From the NCBI GenBank assembly GCA_004431415.1, contig QPMI01000078.1:124001-188000 (forward strand): a stretch of DNA of 64,000 bases, given 5' to 3'. Positions 23,301 to 32,994 of this stretch are shown in pieces. The translations under genes and the position numbers were made by a program. The notes below the pieces were generated by a model that saw only the letters and a program-made list of their open reading frames with translations, was not told the origin of the DNA and ran no database searches. Source of the stretch: Cyanophora paradoxa CCMP329 (Eukaryota; Plantae; Glaucophyta). Numbering within the stretch: the first letter of the stretch is position 1; each line of letters begins with the position of its first letter.

Positions 23301-23666
23301 GCAGCACGGTGCAAAGCGTACGCAGACTGGGAGAAGGCGTGCGGGATCACGAAGGTGATGAAAGAGCGACGCGCGAAGCCCCCACGCGCCGAGCCGCGCC
23401 CCCGAGAGACGGCCGCGAAACCTGGCGGGCACCGACGCAAGCGCAGGAAACTCGCAATCGACGAACCGGTACAGCCGCGCGAGCGCTGCGCGGAGTGCCA
23501 AGCGCTTATGTCCAGGCACCGGGGTGGGGACGCCCTGGCCCTATCCTCGCTGAGCTGCCCCCCAGACGATCACGGCTGGGTCCGGGCGGCGGAGGCAATG
23601 CAGGTGTACGACCACACCAACAGGTATGCATGGGGCGTGGGGACAGCAAGGACCAGACCACGCTAA
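17364..23666 (+). CDS. LINE ORF2 main segment: APE C-terminal part, reverse transcriptase, Cys-rich insert, RNase H, CCHC zinc finger
   Basis: APE LLGDWN, RIDAV, SDHFPV; RT IPK..LRPITL, QDIRRAYDSV, GLPQG, YADD, FKLLGV; RNase H WTDGS, INKAELQA, HTDSQ, KVKAHS, NDAADKAAK; CALC...ETLEHVLSC. Confidence 0.95.
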   Translation, partial: QWVKHLTKKYEVPGRMIGFELRFKENRQLFVVSIYMPASEATDEHRRDQDRILQELEKLIADFSTRPNAHLLLLGDWNSVAVPELSRVRNGAPVPSRTPERKWWNTMIDTWDLRDAAITHSAAHDSGEWGAAREVTHRTHLPRSGDDTGASGSQDGDAAPADLPQDAVWHAARIDAVLVSESLDKALLSAHTCPAHVDAPHDSDHFPVLADFSLEAAGLKAPTGPMQTPTPGPPVFDLDSRKLTDEEKDELKRDLNKRIGEVLGPDLEAVGSGTREERLERLARIHTESARLVQKVAKDHKAMKSRGSHPTKPRNLPWQAKADSKLGRIWAAWMQEPSGIPTLRTIDKIEKLQKFVARQEGARPLPLRPTERRQAAANSLDQRPDPTVPPQPFDARDGHTKRAQLKEDWASFFRELKTWRNRTRHDLQKLRRQDKAADISRAVKNRLDDFMDGRRLGAYIASVLEKPKSRPIMHITRRSQDGKTYEIYTEPAEVKRLLREHWKTWCQRRRPRVGCTVGEVPDSELKTKSGKRLLDFWQKEYKPRGNPALFENDMAVPSETELGDYIKTLGNTAAGPSNLSYAMAKFLWAKIPKKKKERTPSGDQGRAGAPQAAEEEEEEEPEPWGRRLLHSMVAETIRLRDLPDSVCQGNVFGIPKNGEWDGDIDNNLRPITLQEVALKLTTGLLNERLSRTIHQNGLLKGANYGFRPGCSTDDALHVFNAMLEDAKQFKKPIYVLLQDIRRAYDSVSWESMELSMRRLCIPEGYIELHRNIFRRRRARAISGHGLSDEFELECGLPQGGVESPLHWLIFYDTLLCAQERMDEIERQDSRASSVAGWLQSGTGTAYVMGDPKEKSQTELGRRARVCGLAYADDTKWASSSLAGLQIMADVAGEFFRLHDIEVNAKKTIFTWNNAPREFESVAGTHPAAKKKEKKPAPPRINGTPVGVVLEPHEHFKLLGVYMSANLNWGRQWQYVRDQARNAVKTIERKKLTANEACYLVQAVVQARIAYGLKLMTMDDQQCKELDRIWMRVVKHHAHLASSTTNYVIWSHGGYSLKRTEHLQAEVQIAEAQIRLCAPEDSLLARVVRHRVRALQEKLGVPLLPTEFLNAPVSRDDVRTNCLAALMPQMQRRQYRLMSNHERYAAFRQVPGAEPWPEPARLDRRFVLAWHIPRSIFREAAPKLYAAGVVTMDAVTAADGATVRTWQDLYMRAPRETLPRAEPAWWRVLREAITSDGKQLQYPMRKAGTRPSPMAALAAGARQVRWEKDSFVAVFDTANLHEDEALPMVGRVANWRSEAGSIRAYQYLLQHWVPVPDAADPNAEGAGLYCRCDGHCQNTEPKKRKRTYTAIQGTGKNYWHRDARCEHADPSQCPEMSQCDGPWAEGQGWWEDEDALFGLTGEVLEEPIHITRPDTAGGGQTTASTRGRKQTHTGPTLAYFDPGLLDERKRQQLLLLARVKAVQDGDERFLRRALLPEAEAALQTALETASAAEPRAEPLDEAPPVSNPRELRDLYQASFGPETWSEQDGQYWQHALALWETIEKYELEKHGNAHPRLLNIWTDGSLFKGQTEGAHAGYGVVVPATAADGERLNPDEAATECLGRLRGLQEINKAELQAAIVADVLAPNGMRLHTDSQNVCTWYQKFVRNAHQQHARDYVRHPCNAELYAWSRFRALMQQREHRRAVALVKVKAHSKREPLHELNDAADKAAKRAAKLEPQPPNTLTEDIFLPPAFSMPAVLTIQGPDRIVRRVEGDPRRHAAVLHAHHTHFAWENQLNAGEWLRAPVDHGAVYDQMAMGPRRVGVSQESNCFRGTHVKLVLGTVATATVRKRDAPELYSEINPGGFCALCSVRQTDSEGRPRLVAGPVETLEHVLSCPSAPAVAARAEAEAKIAEVVASELPEALKRTVPHALATSLKVTRVADLTLTQAERQTQLWVLRGLPPAGLTDLIRETVEDEVQAGKIARKLTKAIGEQAHKTWAARCKAYADWEKACGITKVMKERRAKPPRAEPRPRETAAKPGGHRRKRRKLAIDEPVQPRERCAECQALMSRHRGGDALALSSLSCPPDDHGWVRAAEAMQVYDHTNRYAWGVGTARTRPR

Positions 23667-24377
23667 ACGTTGAAAGGGGGTGCTTTCTGGGGGGGGCTTG
23701 GGGGGCACGGCGGGGACAACAACACAAGGAGGACACAAACAGTGGAGCGGGAGCCGGTAGCCCACTAAACAGGGACTGGCCAGCAACTTTTCTATTTCAC
23801 ACCTTGTCTTTCTCTAGCTGCGGCATGCTACGAGGATGGAGTAGGGCATTGCCAGCAGAGGTTAGGACCTTTCTAACTAGACTTTCGTAGGACTTAGAAA
23901 TGCAGCAAAGTAGACGTCACAGGAAAAGTAGAAATGCAGTTGTAATTAGAATAACTAGATGTACAGGCACAGCACGCAAGAGTCCTCATATTCTCTTCCT
24001 GGATACAGTTTTCAGTGAGGGTATGGTCGACGTTACGACTTCATTGTTGTATGGATGTGCTAATGCAAATCACTCCCATTGCAAAATTGGTCGGGCCCAT
24101 TATTTTTTCGGCGCTTTTTGAAGGTGGTTGATAATTATCTATGAATCATTTAAATGTAATTCGCAGTAATAAGGCTCTGTCTAAATTGGTTATTTTAATT
24201 ATCTTTCAATCAACACATCAAATACTTTTAAATCCCACATCGTGGCACACTACGACGTCTGTCTCATACAAATTTGCAGGCCGACATCGTGGCGCTCCGT
24301 TAATTTGGACACTATTTCCTAGCGAATGGGGTGCGGTCTCTTGAAATTAATAATTTTCAAATTTCGACTTGGAAGGC

Positions 24378-24677
24378 TGTCGCGTGCGGGATTAGTGGGG
24401 AAGCACGCGGGGAGGCTCCCGGTCGAGCGTGGCTCGACGGGGCTCAGTGGATCACGAGGGATCGCTGTCGCTTCTGTAGTATTGCAAGTAACACTGTATC
24501 CCTAATGAATGATGCGTACCCGGACAGGCCCGGCGTACCCGTATTAGCTATAATAAGAGGTGGCCGAGGCGTACTGACGCCGACGTCGGCCCTAGCAGCA
24601 CGTAGGCTGCACTAGCAACTAGCAGCACGAAGGCTGCACTATCTAGCCTCGCATGCACGATAATCATGCATGCGACA
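24378..24677 (-). repeat. 3' LTR (300 bp)
   Basis: TG...CA termini; identical by eye to 29524-29823. Confidence 0.95.
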
Positions 24678-24695
24678 ACTCCTCCACTCGGAAGG
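24678..24695 (-). other. Polypurine-tract-like site
   Basis: The minus strand reads CCTTCCGAGTGGAGGAGT immediately before the 3' LTR. Confidence 0.65.
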
Positions 24696-27490
24696 CCACG
24701 TCCTCGTGGGCTAAGTACCACGGAAATCACTACAAGCAAGCATATTTACAAGATTTCGCGGCAGGACACTGCCGGGAATAAAAGACTTGAAGCCATATTT
24801 ACAGAATCCGCGAATTTCGCGCACGCCGGCGGCTCGACTGCCGGGAATTGAAAATAGACAAGTGGCCGGCTACTGCCGGGAATTGAAGAAGACCGCTAGC
24901 CGGCTGAGGCTATTCACATCGCTAAATCATCGAATCTCTAAATCAAAGCCAAGGTCTAATTATATAAATCATTTTACCAAATTCTAAATGTAAAACTGGG
25001 TCATGATCAAGGGGGCGGCAATGGGCCGCAAATAATCGTCCGTCTCCGGCCCAGCGGGCCAAGGTCAAGCTTCGAGCCGGCGGCTCAAGGGGATGATGAA
25101 TTGGTTTGTTCATTGGATGTCTTTCCACAGCGGGCTCTCGCCCAGATGCCATGCAAGCCCCGCGAGAGCACGCCGCAGATGCGAACGCGAAAGAGCAGCG
25201 CGGGGCGACGTGGCGCGCAGGCAGCGCACGGCCCCCTCCGGTGTGCCCCCCAACCGCGACGCGGTCGAGTGACCCAAGTGCGAGCCGCGCAGAGCTCCAC
25301 CCAGGCGAGCACCCCTTAGGCTCTCGCAGTGGTGAAGTACAGGTAATCGGATCGGCGGGGATTCAACCGTGCCGACGAGGATAGAGCCGGCTCTGGGACC
25401 GGGTACCGCTCACAAGAGTGCATTCCGGTTTTGCCGCACGCGGCGCCGAGCACCCCTGCCCGAGCCCGTGACTTCCATCTAGGAGAGAAGAGCCAGCATC
25501 GAGCGTCCCCGATGTGGATTCTCATGCATGAGAGACGTTGAGCTCTCGTCGTCGTGCACGGACCTTGAGCCGGCCGACCGCCCATTCACTGGGACTTCGA
25601 TTCAGGATAGGGCCCAGGGGTCGTTTAGCCCCGTCGCGCCGTTCTCGTCAGGAACGCGCCAAGATCGGGGTCGTCGAGCCCCGCGCGCCGCTCACTATGG
25701 GCGGAGGGCAAGTCTGCCCGTCGCGTCGCTCGACGTCGAGTCGAAGCGCGCCGCCTGGATGCCAACTGAACGGGCGTCCCCAGGACTTCATTCGCTCACG
25801 ATGGGCGGGGCAATAATGCCCGTCACACGCTCGGCTCGTGGCCGCAGCGCGCCGCCTGGATGCCAACTCGGCGGGCGTTACCAGGACTTGAATTCAATTG
25901 CAATGAATTCATAATTGTCAGGCCCGCAATAGAGCCGTCGCTGTGCCAGGCTCGGGGCCAGTGCCAGCGGCCTGACCGTCTCGCGGAGCGCGCCGCGGGC
26001 CAGGACTTTGCTTCGGGCTCGAGCTTTCGAGGGCACCATGGCCTCAGGCTCGCCCTTCTTTGGAGCTCGGAGGCTCACAAATTTTGCAGGGGCTCGAGAG
26101 GCCGCCTGTCAAGCTCACGACGCGCGGCCAAGCGCTGGGCCAGGCGTCTCGCGATCGCCTCGGGCGTCGCGATCGAGCTTTCTTTGAGAGTGCATCCCGA
26201 GCTCGGGGCCCGCGGATCACGTCTCGTATCGCGAGGGCATCTGGGCCGCTCGCCTGGAGCGCTTCCGAGTTCAGCTCCAGCGCGCGATGGGGCCAAGGGC
26301 CGCATCTTTCAGCGCACTCGTCGTCATGATCAGCTCCCTAGCGCAGGCTGAGAGCCTCGCTGGGGCTCGACGGAGCAGCGTGCAGCGGGCACGGGCCTTG
26401 GGCCGCGGCCTCTTGCTTTCAGCACGTGCGGAGGCAGCTTCCCGCCGCAGACTCTCGGGCCTTGCGGAATCCGGAGCTCCTTGCGATTTCAATTCAATGA
26501 TTTGCATGAGACGGGGCCATGAGGCTCCTCGCCCATCGTCAGCTCTCTTGTGCGGGCCGCGAATCGCGAGCCTCGCTGGAGCTTTTATTGCAGCGTGAGG
26601 CGGGCCGCGGGCCCAGCCCCCTCCGCTCACGTTCGAGCTTGGCAGCTCAGCTCGCCGAAGCTGGCAATCGGCAGCGCTAGCCTGGCATGGGGGCCCGGCG
26701 GCCGTCCGACGGTCGGCCTCGCATTCACGCTTGGCTGCAGCTCGCCCGACTGGGTGTGCAAGAATTCGAACGCACGCCCGCTACGTATACGGCTCGGAGG
26801 CCGATCACGGCGTTCATCAGGGGGTCCGCTAGAGGGACTCCTCCTCTCGGAAGGCTGACACCCGCGGCAGCAACCGAGCCGCCCGGTGGGGTGTGTAGCG
26901 GCGTGCTTCAGGGCGTCGGGCCGCCTCTTCGGCGAGCTCTAGGGCTCACTTCGCGAGAGAGGGTGGACTCCTCCTCTCGGAAGACTTGTACCCTCCCGGA
27001 CTCCGGGAGGGGTACGCGACGCTCGGTTACGCGCAGAGGGCGAACCGGATGCCAATATTTGCAAATATTTACAAATTTACAAGGGGCTCATGATCATCGC
27101 GTGCTCGCGCACTGCGCGGCTGCTAGATGCGCACCGGGGCCCACTCACACTCTTAATCGCGAGAGAGAGGAGGGACTCCTCCTCTCGGAAAGCGCTTTAC
27201 CCGTTGCTAGGGTACGGCCAGCCCAGGTCAGGCCTCGGGAGGCGCGAGCTCATGGCTCGTCAGCTCACTCCTCTTCTCGGAAAACGTCGTCCCCGACGTC
27301 AAGAGTTTATGTACAAATGTACAAATGTACAGCCCGCTCATGGCAGGTATACTGGCTGCTATATTACAGCGACACGCCGGCACTTTCGCAGAAGGCCGGG
27401 GGCTGGCGAAAAATTTCGCGGTGCTTTGCAAAATTTTTTGCAGGGCTTTGCTCTGGCGGCTGCCCAAGCCTGCCAGGCCCAACGAGAATT

Positions 27491-29038
27491 TTACTCGGCC
27501 TCGGGGGCAGGTGCCGGCAGGGCCAGAGGGGCCTTGCCCTTGGCACGAGTCGGCGGGTCGGGGCAGGCACTGTGGTGGTGCCCGGCTTCGCCGCAGCGAC
27601 CGCAGACCTCGTTTGCCGCTTCATCCTCATACTCATCGTTGTATGAGTCGTCGTACGATTCGGCGTACGCTTCAGCTGGGGCACCCGCCTGGTCATTCCG
27701 CACCCAGGGGTGGCGGGGGGCGTGGGGGGGGCGCTTCGGGCAAAGGAAAGCCCAGTGAAGGCGCTTCGAGTCTGGGACACTGGGGTCACCAGCGCAGTTC
27801 CAGCACTCAGCCGGAGGGTACTGAGGGTACCCGAGCTCAGCCATGCGCTGCATCACAGCAGCCAGGGCATCTGGCGAGCTAGACTGCACGGCCCAAGAGG
27901 ACCCATGTGCAGAAACGAGGGACCGGGCCTCGCGCTCAGCTGCAGGAGGGGGGTCACGCCCAACCTCAGCAGGAGCCGGGGCTGCAGCTGCAGGCATCAC
28001 AGCCTTAATTGGCGTGGCATCCGTGTCGCCGGCATACGGCGGAGCCTTGAAGCCGGCCGGCCCCTTGGAGCGCTTTGCCGAGGGCTCAGTCTCCTGGGAC
28101 GGCTCCTGCAGCAGGCGCACGGTCCGGCGACCGTGGCGGTCGCACTGCTCCTCGAAAATCCTTTCGGCGCGCAGGGGCGTGAGATCGGCCCCGAAGCGCG
28201 CGAACTCGCCGCGGAGCTCCTGCAGAATGTACGTCATCGTATTCTCATTCTGGCGCGCGCCGATCGCAGCGCGAACTTCGTAGTTGTCATACTGCGGGTC
28301 GAGCCCGGTCTGACGGCGCGAGAGAGCGTTCCCAATCACGGTGATCAAGTGCTCAGCGTATGATTTGCCCGCGGGGCGCGTGTGGCGCACGTGCGGGGCG
28401 ATCCAGTTCACCCACGTCAGCGGGTCTTCGCCCGTGTACGCAGCGTTGATCGCGGCTTCAGCGATGTGGGGCAGGCCCTTCGTCACGCGCGCAATGATGT
28501 ACTTCGCAACGCCCGGAGCGCGCTGGAAGTTATTGCGGCCCTCAGCGATCTCAGCCTCGAGACGCGTGATTGCATTCTCGAGCTGCAGGATCTCGGCCTC
28601 GGTCTCAGGGAGCCGGGCCTCGATAGGCAAGGCAATCAGCACGGCCAGCCGCGCGCGCTTGCTGGCAAGGTATTCTTTAGTCTCTTCCAGCTGGTCACGC
28701 ATGCGCTGCATCTGGGAGCGCAGCGAGCCCTTGCAGAGCTGCGAGACCATGAAGCCGCCAAGAGCTTCAACCTTGGTCCAGTTGTCTCCCTCGGGCTCAT
28801 ACGCATACTTATGCGCCTGAGTGGAGACGAAAGTGCTAATCTGCTGGCGCCACTCATCGACTTCTTCGATGGTAGGGTTCGCAGACAGCGGAGTGATGGA
28901 GGGCAAGCCCTTCGCATCAACTGCGGGCGCCGCAGCAGCCATCTGCTGAACGGAGACGCCACTCACAGGCGCGGTCGAGTTGAGTGCGATCATGCGATCA
29001 CGCTCACTCGCCGGCAGCTCAACTGGAAGCCGCGACAT
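27491..29038 (-). CDS. gag: Gag-like protein, 515 aa, with a coiled coil and two zinc knuckles
   Basis: Intronless ORF downstream of the PBS; CGRCGEAGHHHSAC (CX2CX4HX4C) and CWNC-x12-HWAFLC. Confidence 0.85.
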   Translation of the reverse strand: MSRLPVELPASERDRMIALNSTAPVSGVSVQQMAAAAPAVDAKGLPSITPLSANPTIEEVDEWRQQISTFVSTQAHKYAYEPEGDNWTKVEALGGFMVSQLCKGSLRSQMQRMRDQLEETKEYLASKRARLAVLIALPIEARLPETEAEILQLENAITRLEAEIAEGRNNFQRAPGVAKYIIARVTKGLPHIAEAAINAAYTGEDPLTWVNWIAPHVRHTRPAGKSYAEHLITVIGNALSRRQTGLDPQYDNYEVRAAIGARQNENTMTYILQELRGEFARFGADLTPLRAERIFEEQCDRHGRRTVRLLQEPSQETEPSAKRSKGPAGFKAPPYAGDTDATPIKAVMPAAAAPAPAEVGRDPPPAAEREARSLVSAHGSSWAVQSSSPDALAAVMQRMAELGYPQYPPAECWNCAGDPSVPDSKRLHWAFLCPKRPPHAPRHPWVRNDQAGAPAEAYAESYDDSYNDEYEDEAANEVCGRCGEAGHHHSACPDPPTRAKGKAPLALPAPAPEAE

Positions 29039-29508
29039 GGCAGGCTCTCACAGTGGCAAGTACAAGGCAGATCAAATTTGAGCTCGAAGCTCTTTGAGGC
29101 CGAGTCGCCGCGTAAAACGCGGGATTTCGACGGCACAGACGACGACGATCTGTTGCTAGCGCAACACACCGGAGCACAATCCAGGCTCGCAGGCCAGGGA
29201 TCGGCGATGGCACAAAGTTGCCCTCGAGGGGAACTTCGGCGGCTCGACGCGCACGAGGGCGGTCGGCTCTAGCGCGGCGCGCGGCCGGCTCTTCAGCACG
29301 CAGGGCAAGAGTTCCGATTAAAGAACTCAAGCCAGCCAGTCTCCGGGGTCACCGGAACGCAGGCCCTCACTTTTCGGCGACCGGGGTTGACCGGAGGCTT
29401 ACTGTGAGCAAACGTGTGGGAATGTCACTACGATGCTACGGTGCGCGTGCGCGGCGCGCGCGAAGGCGGGATCGCGAGCGACCCGACCTGACCCTTAAAG
29501 ATTCAGCT

Positions 29509-29523
29509 CCGAGCAGTGGCGCC
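29509..29523 (-). other. Primer-binding-site-like sequence
   Basis: Minus-strand GGCGCCACTGCTCGG directly after the 5' LTR; resembles TGGCGCC-type PBSs but lacks the leading T. The cognate tRNA is not identified. Confidence 0.55.
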
Positions 29524-29823
29524 TGTCGCGTGCGGGATTAGTGGGGAAGCACGCGGGGAGGCTCCCGGTCGAGCGTGGCTCGACGGGGCTCAGTGGATCA
29601 CGAGGGATCGCTGTCGCTTCTGTAGTATTGCAAGTAACACTGTATCCCTAATGAATGATGCGTACCCGGACAGGCCCGGCGTACCCGTATTAGCTATAAT
29701 AAGAGGTGGCCGAGGCGTACTGACGCCGACGTCGGCCCTAGCAGCACGTAGGCTGCACTAGCAACTAGCAGCACGAAGGCTGCACTATCTAGCCTCGCAT
29801 GCACGATAATCATGCATGCGACA
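29524..29823 (-). repeat. 5' LTR (300 bp)
   Basis: TG...CA termini, followed by the AAGGC TSD. Confidence 0.95.
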
Positions 29824-30879
29824 AAGGCCAATGTGATTTGCGCTTTGAGTTTTTTTCCGGGAAAATGCTTTTCGACGCTTCTCGACGTGCTGTTAGTGCT
29901 TGTTAGAGATGTCACATTTGAAAAGTAGCGCCGCCATCGTGTTCCCGAGGGTCGAGAATGGGTACCTAGGTCCAAAAATTTTGTCTATAATCTCATTTTG
30001 AAGTTCGCCACAAGATACGCACAGACCTAAGGGCCTCTCCTTTCCCCAAGGCCGATTGCGTCGGGGCGCGGTTGGCGCGGGTGAAGCGTGCGCGGCTGGC
30101 GCGGCTAGCCGCTGAGCCACAGCAAACTGCCGCGCGCGCGAGAGGCGTAACCATTGTTGAGCCGAGCCGAGCTGCGGCGCCCGGGGGAGAAAGCGGCCGG
30201 GGGGGTACTTTAAGAGGTTTTTGCAGGGTAAGTTAACGCACTCTCCAATGTGATTGGCTAGCGCGCGCGGCGTCCTCCCACGCGACCGCGTTCGCGCCCG
30301 GCCTCGCTCTTGCAGTACGGAATGTCGAACATGATGCGCGCAACGACCTCGAACTGGTCTGGCCCGTATATCTGCTCCCTGTGCGTCGCTGGACCCATTT
30401 TTGTCCCGGGTGTTGGTGCCTGTTCCTGGATCACCCTTTGGTCGGACGGGACCGGGAGACATGGTTTCGGGGTCCCCTGGGGATGCGCTTTCAGAGTGTA
30501 TCGCGCGGCCCCGGTTTTGCGGAGGTCGGGGAAATGGGATTTGGGGTAGGGTTGGGCCCAAGGGACAGGGACAGGGGAAGTGTTTTACCCTTCCCCAAAA
30601 AGTGCACGTGCATGGGAGAGCTTGATTTATATATAATTAATTCGGAAGTGGGAGAGATCTAGAATTTTGATTCTAAAGAGAAAAGTGAGTTGGAAGGGAG
30701 ATCTAGAAGAGACCGAAATTAAACTGATTGAAGGCGAGCGTGAGGACGTACCAAAAATCGGCCGCCAACAGGTGATCGTGACCAGCTGCAGCGCGCATGC
30801 AGGTCGCTAGCGCTGCTTCCTATGTGCATGCGCAGCGCGCGGGCGTTAACGCGCAGCGGGCGCAGGATTCAAAATATTA

Positions 30880-32647
30880 ATGGCAATGATATCGATCGCC
30901 TCTCAAGAAACCGGTGCATGCGCTCGCATTTTTGCAAGCCGCATAAAGAACCGAGCTTCGCAAACCGGCCCCACGCTAGCTATAGGCACTGCGGCAGCCG
31001 AACGCTCATATGCGAAAACCCACGCGCGATATGAATTCGTTTGACGTTGCCGGGCGCTGTCATTCGACAGAGATGCCTTCGCAAGCAACGCCGACGTCGA
31101 CTGGCTCTCCTCGGGGTCCGCGTGCGCCCCTACAACGTTTGGCATTTTATGTGCTGGCGCTCGTTTAATGACAGGTTCCGCGCAACCAGTTTTGCAGCTC
31201 TTCAAAAGCCGCCGGCATTCCGACATCGAGCTCGTCGTGCACGGGCGCTCGTACCTCGTCGACTCGGAGATCCTGCGCGGCGCGAAATACTTCGACACCC
31301 TCATTTCGATCGTTGTCTCCGAGCGCTCGGCCGCCGGCGCAGCAAACCTTGCTCTAGGCTCGCCCGTTGCCTTCAATCTCGTCCCGCTGCACGAGGAGGG
31401 GGAGGAGGAGCTGTTCGAGGCGTTCTTAAGGCTGCTGTATTTCGGGCGGTTTAGCGAGGAGTTCTCGAGCGCTAGCGCAGGCCCGAGCGCGGCGCGGACG
31501 CTCGGGCTACTTTGGCTCTTCAATGCATATATACCTGTGAGGCTTTTTTAATCTGTGACGTATTCTTTTATCAGCTTGCTCTTGAATTCTCTCAGATGGG
31601 AGGAGGGCATCGATGCTGCCATCTCGACCTTGGGCGGCCTTCGTCTGTCGGTGGAAGACGCGCAGCGCATCACGGCCGAGGTCCCTTTGAGCCCGTCGTC
31701 CAAGGCAGCCGCCCAGCTCGCAGATATCATCGAGAAGACGGCGCTCGAGCTCGCGACGCCCGTCGTCTGCGAAGACGCGTTGAAACAATTCGTGCAGGGC
31801 GGATTCGGAAGATGGAAACTTCTCCCGCACGTCACATCTATGCTCCAAAGCCGTTTGAAGCAACTTCTGCCGGGCGAGACACCCGAAGACGCCCAGAAAG
31901 ATGTCTGGAATGCGCTGCCGACATCCATCAGTGACTGGAACTGCGCTAAAGGCGGTGTATCTCTGATATCAGCCTTCGGGACAGCCGATCATGCGCACAC
32001 GTTCTAGATCTTCGAATCCTGGCTAGATCTTCAAGGCACGAAAGAGGGCGACACGGTATTCCCCGAATTTCCATTCGAGCACACGAAGGACGTGGCCGAG
32101 GCTCTATCCTGCCTTCTCGAAATGGTGCGTTATAATCACCACTCGAATCTTCGAATTCTTTATTTGCACTTGATGAGAATTTGGCTGAGAGTTCTTAAGC
32201 TTCGTAATCGCATCAAATTTCTGATTCGAATTCATACTCAGGGCCTTTCCCAGAACAACGACCGCTGCCTTGAAATTGCCAGTAAATTCATTGCCCGAGG
32301 CACTCTTGGAGACGACGATAGCAGACACGACGACGACCCGGATCGCTTTTACGTGCGTGCGGTGCACTGCTGCAGCATTAATGATCATGAATTCATCACT
32401 CTTTTCATCCGAGCATGCGCAGCGCACGAACGATCTGGCCGATCTGGCCGACGAAACACTCGCCGCCCACGTAAAGGCCATTTGGGAATCGAAAACATCA
32501 CCCGCAGGAGGTGCGGAGGCGTCGGTGCCGGAGGCGACGCGCCGAGCTGTCAATCTCATTGCAAAATATTTTCACGCGCACTTGTCCTCGTTCAGCAAGC
32601 TCTATGCTGCCGTGGCCCCGCGGCCGCGGAAATCGAAACCCAATTGA
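30880..32647 (+). CDS. BTB/POZ-domain protein (multi-exon)
   Basis: LFKSRRHSDIELVVHGRSYLVDSEILRGAKYFDTLI...EELFEAFLRLLYFG matches the BTB pattern; phase-compatible introns from ATG 30880 to TGA 32645-32647. Middle exon boundaries are approximate. Confidence 0.7.
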
Positions 32648-32994
32648 AAAACCGTTGAACCCAATGTGCTGCTGCTGCGATGTATATACACATATCTATG
32701 CTGCTCAATTGCAATAGCTTCCGTTGCGGGCCTGCTGCGCGGGGCCGGCTGAGGCGCCGGCGCCTGAGCTTGCGATCGGGCCGGGGGGCTTCGGAGGCTG
32801 CGCGCGGGGCTTTCGAAGGCCGCGCCGAATAGCTAGAAAGATAAATCTAGAGCGCCAATGGATCCAGAGATATACAGCCAGCGGCTGATCATGAGTTACA
32901 AAACCGCGCGAAAAACCCGAAATACGTACATATACACTGAAAATGCATATGGCAATTTCAGTTGCAGTCCCAGGCTAGGGGCCGGCCGGCCTCT

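Larger units (their letters stand above)
10456..24075 (+). mobile_element. Full-length non-LTR retrotransposon (APE-type LINE with RNase H) carrying a nested insertion
   Basis: Exact 16-bp target-site duplication CCATTGCAAAATTGGT at 10440-10455 and 24076-24091; intronless ORF1 and ORF2; no LTRs. Confidence 0.93.
24378..29823 (-). mobile_element. Non-autonomous, gag-only LTR retrotransposon
   Basis: Two 300-bp direct repeats with TGTCGC...GCGACA ends, 5-bp TSD AAGGC (24373-24377, 29824-29828), a gag ORF on the minus strand, PBS- and PPT-like sites; no pol motifs seen. Confidence 0.93.

Noticed and set aside
26837-27282. Repeat-spacer pattern resembling a CRISPR array
   Set aside because: Eukaryotic LTR element, irregular 75-190 bp spacers, no cas genes; the repeat matches the PPT region.
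29829-30400. Possible minus-strand spliced gene (MGPATHREQIYGPDQFEVVARIMFDIPYCKSE...) interrupted by the LTR element
   Set aside because: No recognisable motif and no paralogue in the window to support the exons.
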